A DNA stretch of 64,000 bases from assembly GCF_009914755.1 (NCBI RefSeq), contig NC_060942.1; one strand, written 5' to 3'. This DNA is from the human T2T-CHM13v2.0 reference genome, Homo sapiens. The notes under the pieces were generated by a model. The model had not been told where the DNA came from and did not search any database. It saw nothing but the letters and a program-made list of their open reading frames with translations. The number at the start of each line of letters is the position of its first letter. Within the stretch, counting starts at the first letter, position 1. Position numbers and translations under genes: made by a program. Shown here in pieces: positions 61,101 to 64,000 of the stretch.

Positions 61101-63618
61101 GCTCTAACCACTATGCTACAGGGTTGCTTCTCTGATCAGACTGTTTCTGTTTTCGTCCTTACCTAATTCCATTAAACTATATAGATAGCTGTTACCATTT
61201 TTTTAAATGTCATGTTTTGTATGTGAGGAGAATATCATGGTAGAATTCCTGGTTTTCTTCTTGGGGAAAGTATGCTGTGGGAGACCTGCAGAAAATGTTC
61301 TCCGCGATGCCACACATGATTATGAATAGAAAGATTTGCTTGCCTGGAAGAAGCCTGAATTGTTTCACAGTAATGAACAAAGAGGAAGGTAACTGCTCTC
61401 AGATTGTAACTGCCCAGAAGAGCAGTTAGGCAGCTGAGAGCTACTCAGGGGGCAGAATTAGGAGTTGGGGATGAAAATAACAACGGAGGTAGATTTTGTT
61501 CCCTTTAAAGAAGAGCTGCCTAGCAAACAGAATTGGATGACAACTCTCCATTGTTTGAGAAAAGACTCTGTTCCTGGTACTGTAGATAAAATTCAGTGCA
61601 GAGGTGAAAGGAATGGGGCACATTGCTCTTTCAAGTCTTGAGAACCTAAGATTTTATGAAAAAGATATTTTAGTGTGCATAAAAGAAACTGGCTGGATTA
61701 GAACCATGAACAAATCTTGGCTTCTAGCAAGGCAAACTTTGTTCACCAAGAGCAACTGGGGCCGCTGCTGAAGTGCCAGAACTCTTAATTCTGCTGCCAG
61801 TGGGCCGAGCATGCCACATTGTTCACTCCACCTTCTCTCATCTGCAGCATGACCACGGCCCCTGCTCCTGCCTCGCCAGCAGCAACGCTCCGGCAGTGGC
61901 TGGACCAACAGTCACCTTCCTCACGTGCAGCTTTCTTGAACCCACATTTACTTGGAAGGACATTCCAAAACTTTCAGTACTGTCATTTTTCTTATGACTT
62001 TTGAAGAAAGATGTGATAGTGGGCCATAATGGGAAGTAATTTATTAAAAATGGCAGCCTCAAAACTCTCTTTTCTACACAGGGTCACAGGTTGGTATCTT
62101 TGGAGATGTCTTGGGAGGTCTTTGTATAGGAACCAAAATTCCAATTACTTTTCAAAGCAAGAGAAGCAATGGTTTGTGGAGATCACTATTAGGGCTGTGA
62201 GCTTGCATCTGCCTTCCCAGCAGTTTCTAGAACTAAATGTGATGCTTTCTTTCGCAAAGCATGAATGCCTCTCCTTGGGGCCTTGCCTTACTTTCTAGTC
62301 AGCATAGTTTTAGCATCTGAGTTCTGAAATTGCAATGTCGCAATTTCTCTTTTTATAAAAAGTAATGCAAACTTTACAGCTCATAAACCTTCATGGGATT
62401 TATAAAGGTGGAGCTTGTCTTGGAATGTCTCCTGGAGTCTGGCCTCATTGAGGTTGCCTTTTAACATACTCCTCCGAAAATTTTTTTTAAAAAGAACAAA
62501 AAAAAGTCTTAGGAAACCAAAGAATGGAGGCTTTGCAACAACCAGCCTGTGGCAAGTCCTTGGTCCAGGGCTACCGATGCGAAAATGTTGCCTACCACTG
62601 TCCCTTTATTTTTGCTGATGTGCTAGTTGGCTAATTCTTCTGGATGGGGGGATGTTAAGGGCCTGGCAGATAAGTTGTAAGAGTTCTGCCAAAACTAAAA
62701 GGCCTGGGGCTAGAATTCCAGTGCTTGAATGTAGGAAGGAAACAGTCAGATGTCATCGCTTCAGGACAGGCAATCAAAAACATAGCCCAGTGGAATATAT
62801 CTTTGCTAGAGATAAGAAAAACAAAATATTGAAAGCTCAATTTTGCTGGGTTCTGTTTTGAAGACAAAACTGTGGGACTGTGCAGACAAACCAACAAGTG
62901 CTCCTTCCAGTGTGCAGCTCGTCTGGCAGGAATCCTGCAGTGAAACCAGGCTCAGGGCATTGTGCTAGAGCCCTTTAGCTACTGACTCCCTCCTTGTGAA
63001 TCCCCCCATGACTTCTTCCCTTACGGTCCTGGAGACCTGGGAAGTTTTTAAGCTTGTTTAGAATTTTTATTTTAAGTCTACTCTGGTTCTTCCACAATGA
63101 CGACTCCTACAACAGACTATCCAGCTTACTGTCATCAAGAGAAATGAATATTTAGTTTATGAAGAGTAAACTATTTACTAGAAAATTACGTGTAATGACC
63201 AGGAGATGGCAAAAAATTAAACATAGCTCCTTGAAATAGTTCAGTGGAGCCATTAATGCTAGGAACTACTATGTGAATGAATGAAGAGTGACCTCCCTTG
63301 GGTTAGTACTTTACAGATTTCAGGGTTCTTTCCTAGCAAACACAAGGAGGTTTCATGAAATCTTCTTGGTTTTGAGGTTGGCCTCTTAACTGGGGCATCC
63401 TAAACCCTTTGGAGATATGTTCTTTGGAGCAGCTTGTGCATGTGACATCTCACATGTCCCAGGCCCACAATACTGGTGGTGAGTTTCATACAGGGAGGAT
63501 GAGGTCCATGTTCATCCTGTGGCTGGGATTTGACAGATTATTGGGAAGTCTCACAGATTTGCCTAAATATCTATATGTTATTTCCCCTCCGTACAGAGCT
63601 AGTTCATTATGTCTTTGT

Positions 63619-63660
63619 GCTCCATGTAACAGGTGAAAGCTCCATGTAACAGGTGAAAGC
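63619..63660. repeat. perfect 20-bp tandem duplication
   Basis: GCTCCATGTAACAGGTGAAA x2 plus GC. Confidence 0.95.
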
Positions 63661-64000
63661 AATGAAAAAACAGACCCTATATTAAAACATCAAGCTGGAT
63701 TCCCACAAAATTGGATTTTTTCTTCATTCCTCTCATTCCCCTAATGCTTTGTCTCCCAAATTTTGGGAATTTTCTTCCAAGCGCCTAATCCTCCAGTGCC
63801 ACTTCTGGTCTCTCCTAAGCAATCCAGGATGTCCTAGGAGTCCTTTTCACAGCTTCTTCCCTGACATTTTGCTGAGTTATGCTCTATGTTCTCATAGCCT
63901 TTGCCTGGACTTTTGGTTATCTAGGAAAATGATAAATTAAGTCACGTTAAAGTGTTCCTTTAAAAAACTGCTATAATTCAACCAGTTCTGACACAAATGG

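Noticed and set aside
61819-62004. ORF containing TLRQWL, as in the synthetic TPO-mimetic peptide
   Set aside because: A six-residue coincidence with no gene structure

Overview
Primate, human-like genomic DNA that is intergenic or deep intronic. It contains about 22 Alus (J, S and Y), old L1M/L2/MIR fragments, DNA-transposon MITEs (MER1B, MER2, MER44A, MER46C, MER63A) and many solo LTRs (THE1B, THE1C x2, MSTB, MER50, LTR12, MER11, MER4D). I recognise no protein-coding gene, tRNA, rRNA or CRISPR array. The supplied ORFs I could assess are repeat-derived or look like chance frames. The best non-repeat signals are: a well-defined 43-nt minus-strand exon (37289-37331); a minus-strand terminal exon with AATAAA (~15535-15771) just downstream of a THE1C LTR that keeps a DUX4-type motif and splice donors; and a repeat-poor, CpG-retaining block at ~52.7-55.5 kb. 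There are also three local rearrangement scars: a 63-bp LTR copy inside a (TA)n tract, a permuted duplication at 31-33 kb and a nested inverted-repeat cluster at 30.1-30.3 kb. Repeat family and subfamily names come from recalled consensus sequences, not from a RepeatMasker run. Boundaries of old elements are approximate. I cannot name the locus.
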